Origin: Chiloscyllium plagiosum
Lineage: Eukaryota
Direction: 5' to 3'
DNA: 62,310 nt
Assembly: GCF_004010195.1 (NCBI RefSeq)
Contig: NC_057719.1
Coordinates: forward strand, 84,520,239 to 84,582,548
In this document: piece by piece, positions 1-13,385 of the stretch
Layout of the letters: the number at the start of each line of letters is the position of its first letter
Position numbering within the stretch: the first letter of the stretch is position 1
The notes under the pieces: model-generated
Databases searched by the model: none
Told to the model about the DNA's origin: nothing
What the model saw: only the letters and a program-made list of their open reading frames with translations
Position numbers and translations under genes: made by a program

Positions 1-997
1 AATAGGTGGGAGCAGGAAGGAAGGGCTGCGAGAAATTTGCACACACAGCAGAGTAAATGATGGTCTCAACAAGATATATAACAATAGCATAGAGCTCTCT
101 GAAGGGGCTCACACTTGATGGGCCAGTTCCTAATCCTCTCCAGCAAACATGACAGAGACATAGCTGTAGGATGATATAGATTGGGAGCTAAATCTTGAAG
201 GATACAGGACAATTACGAGGGATAGGATGATAGGAGCAGGTGGAAGAGTGGCACTATTGGTTAATGGTGATATTAGCACAGTAGAGTGGGATGAAGTAAG
301 TTTAGGAAACTAGGATGTGGAAATGGTTTGGGTAGTGAGAAGAAATAAATGAGAAATCACTTGTGAAAGGAAAGAAATTTGGTATGCTTGCCTTTACTGG
401 TCAGAGTATTGAGTACAGGGGTTGGGAGGTCATGTTGTAGCTGTACAGGACATTAGTTAGGCCACTTTTGGAATATTGCATGCAATTCTGGTCTCTTTCC
501 TATTGGAAGGATGTTGTGAAACTTGGAAAGTATCAGAAAAGATTTACAACGATGTTGCCAGGGTTGGAGGATTTGCGCTACAGGGAGAGGTTGACTAGTC
601 TAGGGCTGTTTTCCCTGAAGTGTCGAAGGCTGAGGGGTAACCTTATAGATGTTTATAGAATCATGAGGGGCACGGATAGGATAAATAGACAAAGTCTCTT
701 CCCTGGGGTGGGGGAGTCCAGAACTAGGGGGGGTATAGGTTTAGGGTGAGAGGGGAAAAATATAAAAGAGACCTAAAGATCAACCTTTTCACGCAGAGGG
801 TGGTCCGTGTTTGGAATGAGTTGCCAGAGGAAGTGGTGGAGGCTAATACGATTGCAAGACTTAAAAGGCATCTGGATGGGTATATGAATAGGAAGGGTTT
901 GGAGAGATATAGGCCAGGTGCTGGCAGGTGGGACTCGATTGGGTTGGAATATCTGGTCGGCATGGACAAGGTGGACTGAAGGCTCTGTTTCCATGCT
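1..997 (+). mobile_element. CR1-clade LINE fragments (endonuclease-region piece joined to a 3' end)
   Basis: EYCMQFWS...RRLRG.LI..Y.IM.G and WNELPEEVVEA motifs. 3' end ggactgaaggctctgtttcc. Confidence 0.85.
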
Positions 998-1039
998 AAA
1001 TGATGATAGCTTATCCAAGAGGTAAAGGCACAAAATGTA

Positions 1040-1810
1040 CTCTGTGTGGGGGATTTAAATGTCCATCACCAAGAGTGGCTCAGCAGCAGCCCTGTTGATT
1101 TTTTTGCCAGTCCTAAAGTGCGTAGCTGCTATACTGGGCCTGTAGCAGGCGATGAGGGAACCAACAAGAATGAAAGATGTACTTGACCTCTTCCTCACTA
1201 ACCTTTCAGCTGCAGTTGCATCTGTCCATAACAGTATCAGTAAGAGTAACCACTGCATGTCCTGCTTTCTCATTAAGAGCATCCTCCATTGTGTTGTGTG
1301 GCACTATCATCATTCTAAATGGGACGGACTTTGAACAGATCTAGCAACTCAAGACTGGGCATCCATAAGGCACTGTTGCCCATCAACAGCAGTAAAATCA
1401 TACTTCAACATGATCTGCAACCTCATGGCATGGCATATCCCCTCTCAACCATTACCAACAAGCCAGGGGATCAACTTTAGTTCGATGGAGAGTGCTGGAG
1501 GGAATGCCAGGAGCAGAACCGGGCATACCTAATAATGAGGTGTCAACCTAGTGAAACTACCGAACAGAACTACTTGTGTGCAAAACAGCATGTGATTGAG
1601 CTAAACAATCCCACAATCAATTAATCAGCCACTCGCCATCCTGACTTTGAAACATATTGCTATTCTTTCACTGTTGCTTGTCAAAATCCTAGAATTTCCT
1701 CCCTACGAGCATTGTGTCTCTATCTACAGCGAGTGGACTGCTGTGGTTCTTGAGGGCAACTGAGCATAGCCAATAAATGCTGGCTGGCCAGTGACACCTA
1801 TGCCCCAGAG
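1040..1810 (+). mobile_element. Old CR1/L2-type LINE fragment (APE endonuclease region plus 3' part)
   Basis: GDLNVHHQEWL and REPTR...LDL.LTNL motifs. Ends in caataaatgctgg..gccagtgac. Confidence 0.65.
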
Positions 1811-2239
1811 AAAAAAAACTAGTGGAAGAACTCAGTGCTGAGTGTTGACATCAGCTAAAAAGAGAATTGTAAAATTTGTGCAACAAAATTAAAACTATTG
1901 TGCTTACAGATCTCTCTTTTTATAGGATGAAAAGGAATTGGAAAAGATTTTTGACATGCCTCCTTCGTGGGTACAACCAATTGTTATTCCTGCTAAAGGT
2001 AAAAGGACCTATCTTCATTTCTAATGTTACAGTTTTGCATATTGTTCCTCAAAGTAAAGATTAGAACTAGAAAAAGATGAATGAAGCAATGAAAAAAATA
2101 GTCAGCTGAATTGAATTACTGACAATGGTTTCTAAGGCTTAAAGTGATAACAGTACATTTGCATTTATAAAATGAAATAAAGAACTTGAATTCAAACACC
2201 AACTTCATTCAGTCTTAGCAATGTTATCTATCACAGGCA

Positions 2240-2607
2240 AAGACCAAAGAACAGTATAGCACACTAACAGGCCCTTTGGCCCACCAAGTCTGCATTAACA
2301 CATGATACCTTTCTAAATTAAAAAGCTTTTGAACTATGCAGTCCATATCCCTCTAGTCCCTGCCTAATCATATACTGGTCAAGATGCCTCTTAAATGTTG
2401 CTCTTGTGCCTCCCTCCATCATCTTCTCCAGCAGCACATTCCAGACACTTACCACCCTTTGTGTTAAAAAAAAACTTGCCTCTCACATCTCTTTTAAACT
2501 TTTTCCCTTTTACTTTAAACCTATGTCCCCTAGCAATTGACATTTCTATCCTGGGAAAAAGATTTTGACTATCCACTCTATCCACGCCTCGCATAATTTT
2601 GTAAACT
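2240..2607 (-). mobile_element. CR1 3' fragment
   Basis: MRGVDRVDSQNLFP...RGHRFKVKG on the - strand. Confidence 0.8.
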
Positions 2608-3437
2608 TGAAGTTTGATGTTTTGAAGCTCCTGTTGCCTTGTAGGTAAGCGTGGCAGCCAGTTTGCAGACAGATAGGTCCAACAACCGTAAATGAGTTGA
2701 TTGATCTATCATTTTGTGGGGGAAACTGATTGAAGGAGTAATGTCAGTGGGGACAGTAGGAAATACCTGAAAAATGCAGAGAAAGATGACAGCCACAAAT
2801 AACCCTGTGTGAGTTGAGTTGATGACACTACTCAAAACATGGGTGGTTCAAGCATTTTCAAGTGGACTTAAGATACCTCATGGCACTCTTCATAGAAAAA
2901 CAAGGAATTCTTTTCAGTTGTGCAAAAATTGCCATTGCACTCAAAAATACTGCAATGGCTGTAAAATGTGTTGAGATGTTTTATGGAGGTGAATAGTTGC
3001 AATATATTCAAGGTCGTTCCTCCTTCTTCTCTGCTCACTAGCCACCAACTCGCTCCCAAACTCTGAGGCTGAACTGTTCAGTTTGCAACCTCAGCATCAT
3101 GTATGACTACACATGACACCATCATTTTAACCTTCTATATCCACTCATTGCCCAACTCTGACCTTGTCTCAACTCATCCGATGCTGAAATGTTCATCCAT
3201 ACCTTTGTTACCTCTGACTTGACCAATCCAAAATACACTTGGCTGATCTCCTATACTCTATTTTTGTAAATGTGAAGTAATACAAAAACCATGTTGTCTA
3301 TGTTCTAATTTGAAGCAAGTTCCATTCACCCATTAGTATTATTCAAAGATCTCAAGTGTTCAGAACTTGAAAGCATGATCATAGAAAATTGGCCAGTCAA
3401 TGAACAGGGACGCTCAGTGATTTTTGTGCTTCTTTAG

Positions 3438-3566
3438 ACATTGAAACACGCTGTCCAAAAGGTGAGAAGATAATTCAGTATAAGAAGGCAAACTTAGAGA
3501 AGTATGCACCATACTTGAACATTGATGGGATGGTGAAGCGACTGATAGAATACGAGGACATTGAAT
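3438..3566 (+). CDS. DRC7: DRC7 (CCDC135) internal exon; upstream exons lie outside the window
   Basis: tctttag| ... |gtaagt boundaries. Translates (D)IETRCPKGEKIIQYKKANLEKYAPYLNIDGMVKRLIEYEDIE(C), matching recalled human DRC7 ETRCPNGKKVIQYKRAKLEKWAPYL. Phase joins the next exon. Confidence 0.93.
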
Positions 3567-4995
3567 GTAAGTTTTTATTTAGTTTTACATATTTATATCA
3601 CCTTTGTTGCCTTTCGTTTCTGAAGGAATTCTGTCATGTCAGGGACAATTTAATGGATATTGGCAGTCTTCGTTGATCAGTCTTGTTGACCAAGGCTCTT
3701 ATCTGAATGCTGGGAATAATGACACACTGTTCAAGTGTTAATGAATTATCACAACCAAAGCCTTTTGGTCCTTATCCAGTATCCACACAAGTCATGAACT
3801 TTTCAGTAAAGTGTGGAGGAAGGTTGCTATATGACAACTAGCTGATCAGCAACAGACCTTCTGCCACCCTTAAACCTCAGTACTAAATTAGTAAAGGTGC
3901 AATGGATGCTGAGTTGTTCAAATTTTAAGCCCTTTTCAAGAATAAAGTAGCAAATCTCCATAATAAGACCCTGTCTGGCTGGGTTTTCTGTAGGTTGATT
4001 AATGCTAAATATTTCAGCTCAGTCTGCTTGTTCGAGTTTTGTTTATTATACATATCAAGAAATCATGGATGTGTAGAACAAAGAGAAAGGGGCAAATTAC
4101 AATTGGGCTGAGGGCAATGGAGGAATTCAATAAATTGTTAGAGGGAATATTCTCATAAATCAAATTAGAACGAAAGCAAGTTCAGAAGTTGAGAAATTTA
4201 TGTACAAAATGTTAAACAAGTGCATAATTTAAGCTTTGAATCTGCAGCTTTACCCATATGGGCATGGGTTATTTTACTGGTTTGCCTTCAGACATCCTCA
4301 GATGGCATGTGGGATCCTTGCCTTTTTAGCTAGAAGCATTGTGCATAAAAACAAGACATTGATGAGATATCTTTATAAAGCACTGGTTAGGTCCCAGCTG
4401 GAGTATTGTGTTTAATTTTGGGCAATTACACTTAATTAAGGATGTCAGTCCTGAGGGAGGATAATAACAGAATTGTTTAAGTAAATTCAATAATTACTTT
4501 CAAATGGGAGTTAGATTTGTATTGGAAGTATGGAAATTTCACATGGCTAAGGGGAAAGAGCAGAAGGGTGGGATAATTTGAATTGTGTTTTTAAAGATCA
4601 ATCACAGATATGATGGGCAGAATGACTCCCATCTGTACGGTATTGTATTTTTACCTGTGTTTTGGTGTTTTCTTTTTCCACCCTAACAGTTGTAGTTATG
4701 TTGGTGCGTGCCCTTTTTCTGCTGTCCGGGCTGTGCAACCAAATAATCACAAACTGTTAATCATCACATTTCTGAATGTGTAATCGTGACACTAAGTGTT
4801 TCCCATTCAGCAATGTCAAGTGTTTCAGACGTGTTATGATTTATCTTGTACTGAAAGCTATAAGAATGCTGCTGTTTGTTTGATCATCATCCCATTAATT
4901 CCTTCTGGCAAGCAGGACAGATAAGCAACATGTAAAGGCAGCCCTCATTGACATTCAGAAGGTAATTGCATGAGCTAGAGTCTTAGAAATGTTCA

Positions 4996-5130
4996 TGATT
5001 TGAAGGTGCCGGTGTTGGACTGGGGTGTACAAAGTTAAAAATCAAGCAACACCAGGTTAAAGTCCAACAGGTTTAACTGGAAGCACTAGCTTTCGGAGCG
5101 CCGCTCCTTCAATCACCTGATGATTTTTAA
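4996..5130 (-). mobile_element. Short PLE-derived element (family B) with a hammerhead-like core and a 14-bp TSD
   Basis: TSD cttagaaatgttca at 4982-4995 and 5131-5144. The - strand reads gaaggagc-ggc-gctcc-gaaa-gcta; the CUGA box is degenerate. Confidence 0.75.
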
Positions 5131-6123
5131 CTTAGAAATGTTCAGCTTTTTCACATTAAAAAAAAACAGAGAGGAAATTGGCATAATTGGTTAAGTATTG
5201 TTCAACACATTGCAGTGACTACTGTGATTTATGTCCCTCAAATTTATTTTTCTGTACCATTTCTGTATGTCCTGCTGATGCATCTTTGTTCATCAGTATC
5301 TGGAACCTGGCATCAGTGAATCTCAATTTCTTCACTCTCTTCTCACAAGTGATCCCATTGTCTTGGTAATTAAATACTTCCTGCATATTGTACTTGAGGA
5401 ACATGATAAGTGGGTCAAATAAGAGGAAGCAATTATGTTGTTCTGCGATCCCCTCTCTATAATGAATAGCAGTTTTTAAAAAAAATATAAAGTCCAAGCA
5501 CCCTTGCAGATTAAACATCCTGTCGACATATGACATCAGAAGAATCAGACCTTCTTTTCTTTGGTATATGTTATCTCTTTGCTCTAGGCATTACACAATG
5601 AACTGAGTAAACTCTAGTGGTCTCTGTGATATTGTCAACAAAATTACACATGTCTAAAAAGTGGCCAATGTCACTGTAAAATAGGTAGTTTGTTTTAGAT
5701 GTTCTTCTCTTTTATTTAAGAAACTTTGCACTAAAAAGTTGACTGAAAAAAATTAATAACATGTTTACACTAAACAGCTTGTTGAATATAAAGGCTCCCC
5801 ATCACCTTCTTAAGGGTAATTTGGCATAGGTAAATGTTTGCCAGTGACATCCACCTCTCATTTACAAATAAAAATTACAGGTGAGAAAAGTCATTAGCTC
5901 CATTTTGGTTCTTCAACAGGATGCACATCTCCAATGGGATGGTATTCTATGAAGGAAACAGATTTAAAAGCCAGTTTTGTTGACGAAGAATGCTTGATAG
6001 AAGTCAGCATCCTATAGCTCTCTACTTACAAATAACCACGTGACGAACAATGAATAATAAAGGATAGAGTAGAAGGTAGAATAGCAGGAGATTCAAAATA
6101 TTTGTTTTTAAAACCATTCACAG

Positions 6124-6252
6124 GTACTTCATTTGTGAAGGTGACAGAGTGGTACGCAAACAGAAAGGACATGCTGGAGAGAATTGAACGCAACATGAGA
6201 ACTCGCACCATTACGGAACATTTTAAGAATGGCCGATATATGGCAGTTAAGA
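6124..6252 (+). CDS. DRC7: DRC7 exon
   Basis: ttcacag| ... |gtaaga. (C)TSFVKVTEWYANRKDMLERIERNMRTRTITEHFKNGRYMAVK, cf. human EWYQNREDML. 129 bp, phase 1-1. Confidence 0.93.
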
Positions 6253-6499
6253 GTAAGAGCAATGGACCCTCTGTAAGAAGATTCTGATTGACTGGAAGGG
6301 GGTTTAACAAAACGTTCGATCACACTGAGGCTCCATACATCCCTTCTTGAATCAACTTCCCCCTAATTTTGTTTTGGGTGTTTGAACCTCTAAGCATCGC
6401 TAAGAGGGAACATTGCTGCAGACAATTAATCTTGATCTTGGCGAGACAGTACCTGCAGTGTTGCACACAGTTTTTGGGGTGGGGGGATGTAATAGGGTT

Positions 6500-6905
6500 G
6501 CCTATGAAAAGAGATTGAGGAGATTAGGCCCATATTCTCTGGAGTTGAAGAGACTAGGATGTGATCTCATTTGAGAATTCAAAATTCTTACAGAATATGT
6601 CAGGTTCATCACAGGAACTAAGCTCCCTATTTCTAAAACCAGGGGACAGAGTCTCAGAATAAGAGCGGGACATTTAAGACTGAGATTAGGAGAAATATAT
6701 TTACTCAGAGCGTTGTGAATCTTTGGAATTCTTTCTGGAAGGTCAGTCATTGAGATTATTCAGGACAGGGATTGATAGATATTAAAGATATCAAAGGCTA
6801 TGGGAACAGAAAGTGGCAGTGAAGTCAAACATCAGCTATGATATAGTTGAATCGTGGAGCAAGCTTGAGGTCCCACTTGGCCTAATTCTATTCCAATTCC
6901 CTAGC
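6500..6905 (+). mobile_element. Old CR1 3' fragment
   Basis: YEKRLRRLG.YSLE.KRL...LI and vvnlWNsL-type motifs, degenerate. Confidence 0.7.
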
Positions 6906-6919
6906 CTCCTGCGCCCTGA

Positions 6920-7572
6920 CCATGCATTGGATGTGTGCTTTGCTGACTACCTGACACTATGTTCTGTCCACAAAAATTGACCCTGAGCTTCCAGATGCCT
7001 GTCACTTCAACACGCCACTGTATTCCCTGGTCAACACCTCTGTCTCAGGCTTGTGCACCAGCAAGGCTCAGCAAAAGCTAGAAGAACTGAATCTCATTTT
7101 CTGCTTGGGGACCCTGCAGCCTTCGGGATTCAATATTGAGTTCTCAATAAAAAAACTTTGGGCCTGAACACCTTTATCCATGTCCTTTGCCAATTCCCAC
7201 ACTGACACCCCCATGCCTTTAGCACAGCCAATCCATTTTCACCTTATAGTTCCATTATCAGCTGTTCTTTCTCCCTGGCTTACCATCATCCATCCCTTTG
7301 TTTCCCTAACTATCTTTTTCTCTCTCTCTCTGCTCTATCTCCACTTATCGGTGCCACTTTACCACCCTATTCATTGCCGTCTCCTCCGCATCACCTTGTA
7401 TTTTCAGCATATTTACCACCTTTTCCTAACCACCATCAGTTCTGAAAAAGAGTCACTGGACCCAAAACATTAACTCTGCTTTTTCTTCACAAATTCTGTG
7501 AAACCGACTTGGTTTCTCCAATAATTTCTGTTTTTGCTTCAGATTTCCAGCATCTGCGGTTCTTTATTTTAT
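6920..7572 (+). mobile_element. Penelope-like element 3' fragment (family C)
   Basis: Decayed GIY-YIG C-terminus (cHFN...kLEE.nLIF.LGTLQP.G.NIEF), then a pyrimidine tract and a degenerate hammerhead motif ctgaaaaagagtcactggacccaaaacatt at about 7442-7471. Confidence 0.75.
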
Positions 7573-7647
7573 TTTACTACCATGATCACACCTGGCCTGG
7601 CATACATGTGACTCCAGTCCAACAGAGGCTGACCATTAACTGCTTTC

Positions 7648-7913
7648 TGATTAGATTACTTACAGTGTGGGAACAGGCCCTTTGACCCAACAAGTCCACA
7701 CTGACCCACTGAAGGGCAACCCACTCAGACTCATTCCCCTACACCTAACCTACACATTTTTGGGCGGCGGGAGGAAACTGGAGCACCTGGAGGAAACCCA
7801 CGCAGACACAGGGAGAACGTGCAAACTCCACACACACAGTCGCTGAGGCGGGAATTGAACCTGGGTCTTTGGCGCTGTGAGGCAGCAGTGCTAACCACTG
7901 TGCCACCATGCTG
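7648..7913 (-). mobile_element. HE1-type tRNA-derived V-SINE
   Basis: The - strand has the A/B-box head gtggttagcactgctgcctcacagcgcc...gggttcaattccc, the V-domain gtggagtttgcacgttctcc, and a CR1-like tail. Confidence 0.9.
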
Positions 7914-9788
7914 GGTAATTAAAGATTGGGAATTATTGTTGACCAAGCCAGCGATACCTCGCATCCCATGACCAAGAAAAAGACATTATTTTTGGTCTAA
8001 AATATCTAACGTATAGTGGCTAAAATGGAGAGAGTGAAATACTCAGTTACTCTCCATCTTTCGATTTATAGCACCTTGAGATTGCAATGCCTCTACCACA
8101 GAGCCTTGCAGGCTGGGGAGTTGCAGTAGGAATCTGGGAACTGCCTGGATTGACTGCGAGTAGAAGAAGAATCTAGCTTTAAGACCGATAAATTGGCTGT
8201 GCTTCATGTGCTGATTCACTGAAACCCTAAGCTGTTTAAAAATTAAGTAGGATGTTGTGCATGGGGTTTAGACTCTGCCTACCTCACTGCAGTGAGCTGT
8301 GTTTGATTTCAACCTAAACTGACAATGGGACGAAAATGCTTCAGCAATTCATCTAAAATGGGTTTGGTATTCGCACCCAGATGTAGCAGTTTAGATATGA
8401 TATGTTAGTTAATTAGACAAATCCTATAGCTGTTCTGGAGAGTGGAGGACAGGGGCATGAACCCCTCTGGTTTACAAGCAGTGGAATGTTTATCCCTGGT
8501 GTTTTAAATTTTCTTTCTGGTAATCTTTGGTAGCAACCATCTTTGTTTTTCCAGCGGACTGATGTAAGGGAACTCCTTGTTTTCTAACAAGGAGATGGTG
8601 ATTTGTTTCCTTGGATTTCTTCTTTCTCCCTCTCTCTTACCCCACCTACCCCTGTTGATATATCTTACTCTGGAGCCTTATTCTTAAACTGTGTCAATCA
8701 GCTATCCAAATCCCCTGGACCAATGACTACAGGCAGATCCTACTCAATGCTCCAGAATGACCATTATACCCTTCCCTGCTACACCCGAGGATTAGCTTTA
8801 CACTCTTTCTAAGAACAAAATCTTCTTACTTTCCCAAATAATACTCTCTTAAGTTGTTGACTCTAGTTCAGTGAGGCATTGAGAACTCATGATTCTTCCC
8901 TTTTGTTTCCTTATGCAAGAAATTTTAAAAATTACTTATTGCTCTAATAGCAGCCAATTGAAATCTCACGCTGCACAGTGAATACTAGGAAAGTTCAATT
9001 TTTATAGAGATCCCAATTTCTAACAAATGGTAAGATATTCCATTTCCTAGCAATAATACCCCTTACAAAACACTTCAAAGAGAAAAAAACATAATTAGGA
9101 AAATTTAGCATTCAGTGCATAGATAATAGTTATGAGTTAAATGTCATTAATCATAGATGCTCTGCTTCCTCTTCCTTTGCCATTATCCTCTCAGATTTTT
9201 AAAATTACAACTTGGCTCATTGTCTCCTGGGTTAACTTTACTGCAGCCTCTTTACTGCAGTAATGCTGTTTGGAAAAATTGAGCTATTGACTCCTTGCAA
9301 TACAGTTCAATTAACTCAACTTATCTTTTAATCGCTCAAGTTGTCAGGATGTTGAGCAAGAAGTTATTCAACTTTGGTGAAGGGGAGGCGCAAGACAAGT
9401 GATGTGAACATAGGCATTTCTCCAACACATTGTCAAGATAGAGGTCAGAGGTGCAAAGGTCAGAAGGCAGCCTTGCCTGTATGCCTGATTCCAGCTAACT
9501 CCTGATCCCACTCAGGTTGTTAATTACAAGCTGAGGTCAGCTGAGGCTGCAGTGCCTTTCATGACAGAGTAGCCTGTTATCACGCGCTACCTAAGTTGAT
9601 CATCATTTCTGGGGAGATAGTGATTTGAGGGTTGTCATTAGTTGTAAAACTAAGCACAGAAAATGAAAGAAGGGAATTATTGGGACTCTAGATAATGAAG
9701 TAGTGAAATGCTTTGGATCACTTTAAACTTCGATTTGTGAGCAGTCTGTCAGTGTCACTCATTGTACAGCTCTTTCCTGGTATTGCAG

Positions 9789-10012
9789 GGCACATATATC
9801 GATCGTCTGAACCAGAGACTGATAGGACTTTGAAGTACAACAGCAGGTTACGTGTGGATGGACTGGTGAGCAGAGTGGAAACACCTGCAGAGATGACAGA
9901 GAAATTCAAGAACAGGCCAGATTTCCTCATTTACAGACAAACAATATTTACCAAACGAATGAGGAAAGTGAGGCTCCCTGGAGTTTTTCATTTAAACTAT
10001 CGCACCATATTG
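9789..10012 (+). CDS. DRC7: DRC7 exon
   Basis: ttgcag| ... |gtgagt. HIYRSSEPETDRTLKYNSRLRVDGLVSRVETPAEMTEKFKNRPDFLIYR..., cf. human RVDGL..REETP..MTE...RPDFL.YR. Confidence 0.93.
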
Positions 10013-10670
10013 GTGAGTAGTCCAGTTTATTCCCTGCTCCCTCTTCTTTATTTTCCCAATTTGCTGCACCTCCTGCAAGAGCTATTACTTATGTGAGATT
10101 TTGGCACTTTGTACGAGAGCTAACATTTCAAGAGTGAATCTGAAACAGTCAACTTGGAGTGATGGGGGAGTCACCATAAGCTGAAACTGTGAAGGTTGAT
10201 TGGACAGTTAGGAGCGAAAGGTTCCTCAAACACATTGTAATCAGTGTTACTACTCACACCATTGTTCTCCAAGTCCTGAGATTAAAGCCAGGGGTCGTGA
10301 CTGCCTAGTAGGGTCACGGCATAAGATTTTATTAGTGTCAGGGGTCCAAGGCAGCACTGGCTGCTGCAGAGCTCAGACTGACAGCTGTGAGGCTCCTTCA
10401 AGCCCTTGAGTAATATTCTTTGTGGGCATGGCCAGATTTTTGACTCCTGATTGCACCTGAAAGAAAAAGTCTTTTCGTTGAAGAACTGTAATTTATATAA
10501 TTCCCGCCATGCTGAAAATCCCTTCTCACCCCATGCTTAGCAGTTGAAGCTAATTTCTTCCCCACCACTCAAGAGCTATGTTATTATTTTATATGATAAA
10601 TGTGTGTAGCCAGTGCAATGCACCCTGGTTATTGGCTGATATCACAATTTACTAGGGCTGTGGAAAGATT

Positions 10671-10869
10671 TGTGGTGCTGGAAAAGCACAGCAGGTCAGG
10701 CAGCATTCGAGGAGCAGGAGAATCGACATTTTGGGCAAAAGCGCCTCATTCCTGTTGAAGGACTTTAGCCGGAATCATCGATTCTCCTGCTCTTCGGATG
10801 CTGCCCGACATGCTGTGCTTTACCAGCACCACACTCTCGACTCCAGCATCTGCAGTCCTCACTTTCGCC
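10671..10869. mobile_element. Palindromic PLE terminal-repeat dimer (family A), degenerate hammerheads
   Basis: gtggtgctggaaaagcacagcaggtcaggcagcat...gaatcga is mirrored by tcgattctcctgctc...tgctgtgcttt.ccagcaccac. Confidence 0.8.
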
Positions 10870-11160
10870 AATAGAAAGATTTACTGCACAACTTCAAGGG
10901 TAGTGCATTGTGAGTGTAAAGTGATGAGAGTAAATTTTAAAAGTGAATCTGTGAGGGAATCCAAGATGGCGGCGACCCAGTAAGACTGAGTCTATAGTGC
11001 TCCTCCCAAGACTTCGGCACAATGGGTCACCTACCCCCTACAAGCCCACTCCAGCATCTGCAGTCCTCACTTTCGCCAATAGAAAGATTTACTGCACATC
11101 TTCAAGGGTAGTGCATTGTGAGTGTAAAGTGATGAGAGTAATTTTAAAAGTGAATCTGTG
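10840..11160. repeat. About 113-bp direct duplication flanking a 94-bp insert
   Basis: 10840-10953 is nearly identical to 11048-11160. The insert at 10954-11047 contains caagatggcggcg. Confidence 0.9.
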
Positions 11161-11379
11161 CTTTGAAACTATCGTGGTTGATGGACATTGAAACTTTGGT
11201 GGTTGACACAGAAAGCACTAAAGTTTCCTGATGGTGTCTTAGTGTAAGATGCAGAGAGGGAAAGGCATCTTTATTTGTAAACCCAAGTCCAACATCTGAA
11301 GAATGTGGCAACTGTAAGTGAGCAACTGACCTGAGACTTTATGATGTTACCTGACTTGAGCCATTCAGCACTTGAATGT

Positions 11380-11700
11380 AACAACAGAAAATGCTGGAGA
11401 AACTCAGCAGGTCTGGCAGCATCTGTGGAGAGAGAAACAGTTGATTTTCCAAGTCTGATATAACTCTTCTTCAGAATTGGAAGCAGGCACATTCAGCTTC
11501 CAAGGTTATTACTTGATGTCTAAATTCTACTAAGGTGGACCTGCTTACTGTTAATGCTCCAGTCATTACAAGGAGGCAAGGTCCTTCCAGAGTGGTTCTG
11601 AGGAAGAGTCGCTGGACCTGAAACAGTAACTCTGGTATCTTTCCACAGATGCTGCCCAGACCTGCTGAGCTTTTCCAGCAATTTCGTTTTTTTCCATCCA
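11380..11700. mobile_element. Inverted pair of PLE terminal repeats (family C)
   Basis: ctggagaaactcagcaggtctggcagcatctgtggagag (about 11394) is mirrored at about 11641-11680. The hammerhead-like ctgaggaagagtcgctggacctgaaac lies at 11598-11624. Confidence 0.7.
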
Positions 11701-12464
11701 GAATAGAATGGGCAAAACTGACCAGTGATGCTTGTCAGCATCTCTTCCAGAAACAACCAACAGCAAAGAAGCTCAAGTCTAGGGGGCAGATTCCTAGATG
11801 ATGACAAGCCCCTAGAATCTAGCCCACAGCTGCCATCTTGACGATGGTCACACCTTCTACAAACCGAGGCACAAAAGTTGCCAAATAATCCAGAGGTACC
11901 CGTCCCATTGGCAACCAGTGAAACATGACCTACTCGACTGTGTTCTTACTTTCCTCAGGGCTGTTTTCAGCTACTACAAGACCTTAATGCAGATTGCTTT
12001 ATACCGCCAAACAAATCCTGTCAATTGTGACTTCAGAGGGGCATCACAAATGATGAAATGTCTCCTTAAATGCCCTGTACTACCAGAGTCATATAGGTAT
12101 GAAAGCCTGAGCTAGCTCCTTTGTAGAACCATGGCAAGGCAAAGTGGAGCAACATGTCAGGAAGAAGAAATACATTAGGGAGCACGCCTGCAGAATTCAA
12201 TCCCGCCCCTGTCTGGGAACTGAGCTGGGTTGGCTATCACAACCGCAATGACATGAGGCAACAAACAGCTGCTGGTATCCAAAATGCTTTCTCAAAATAC
12301 AGGGCAGAAAAGATTTCTGAAACATTTTTTTAATGAATGCCATGAGCCCTGGTATAGTGGGGTTGTACGGTTGGCTCTAAGTCAGAAAGTGCTGTGTTCA
12401 AGTCGCATCCAGACATTCCAGTGCAGTACTGTCAGTTAAAAAGTAAATCAAGGTACCCAAAAGA

Positions 12465-12630
12465 AATTCAGCAGATCTCTGGCAACATCTGTGCTGAGAA
12501 AATAGACTTCCTTTTTGAGTCCAGTGACCCTTTTTCAGAACTATAAGTTGACTTGAAATGTTAACTCTGCTTTCTCTCCATAGGTGCTGCCTGAACTGCT
12601 GGGTTTCTCCAGCACATTCTGCTTTCATCA
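12465..12630. mobile_element. Inverted PLE terminal-repeat pair (family C), degenerate
   Basis: The - strand reads ttctgaaaaagggtcactggactc; the + arm reads gaaatgttaactctgctttctctcca.aggtgctgcctga. Confidence 0.6.
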
Positions 12631-13029
12631 TCCACAGTCTTTGTTGTATTAAGGTTGATCAAGGCTTTGTCTAACCGCCCAGGTGAACTAAAGGAACCCA
12701 ATTACACTATTTTATAGAAGAACTAGACAAGCATCTCCTCACTGCTATTTCGGGCTCTTTTTGTATGCAAATTTGTTCCACCTCACTGGAATATCATGTT
12801 AGAAATCAAGCCCCAATATTCCCAAGTCAAAACAAAAACTAAAGGTTTGCAAAGTATGCAAAGTGCCCAGTTTACCAACCTTTTGACAAAATTTGGACCT
12901 GATTTTTGTATTGAACAAACATTGCTATTTATTAGAAGTAAATGGATTCTATCTACAGATAAACAGTTATGAGCTGTCGTTGTACGACTTTGCTAATAAA
13001 ATCTCTGATCCCGTTACAAACTCACCTAC

Positions 13030-13385
13030 AGAAACAAACAAATGCACACACACAGAGACACACACAGACAAACGCACACATAGACACACATACACACAGA
13101 GACACACAAACAGACGGACACCAAACACAGACACACACACACAGACAAACAGACAGATAGACACACACGCGCACACACACACAGAGTCACAGACACAGAC
13201 ACACACATGGAGATACACACAAAGACACACACGCACACACACACACAGGCATGCACAGACACACACACAGACACATGCACACACAGACTTAGGCACACAC
13301 AGACACAAACACACACACAGACAGACATGCAAGCACACTCACATGCACATAGACACCCATGTATACCTACACACACACACACAGC
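13030..13385. repeat. Imperfect (CA)n/(CAGA)n microsatellite tract
   Basis: Directly visible. It explains the THTH/VCVC ORFs in all frames. Confidence 0.95.

Noticed and set aside
12345..12435. Old tRNA-derived DeuSINE-like head
   Set aside because: Too short and degenerate to delimit or classify by eye.
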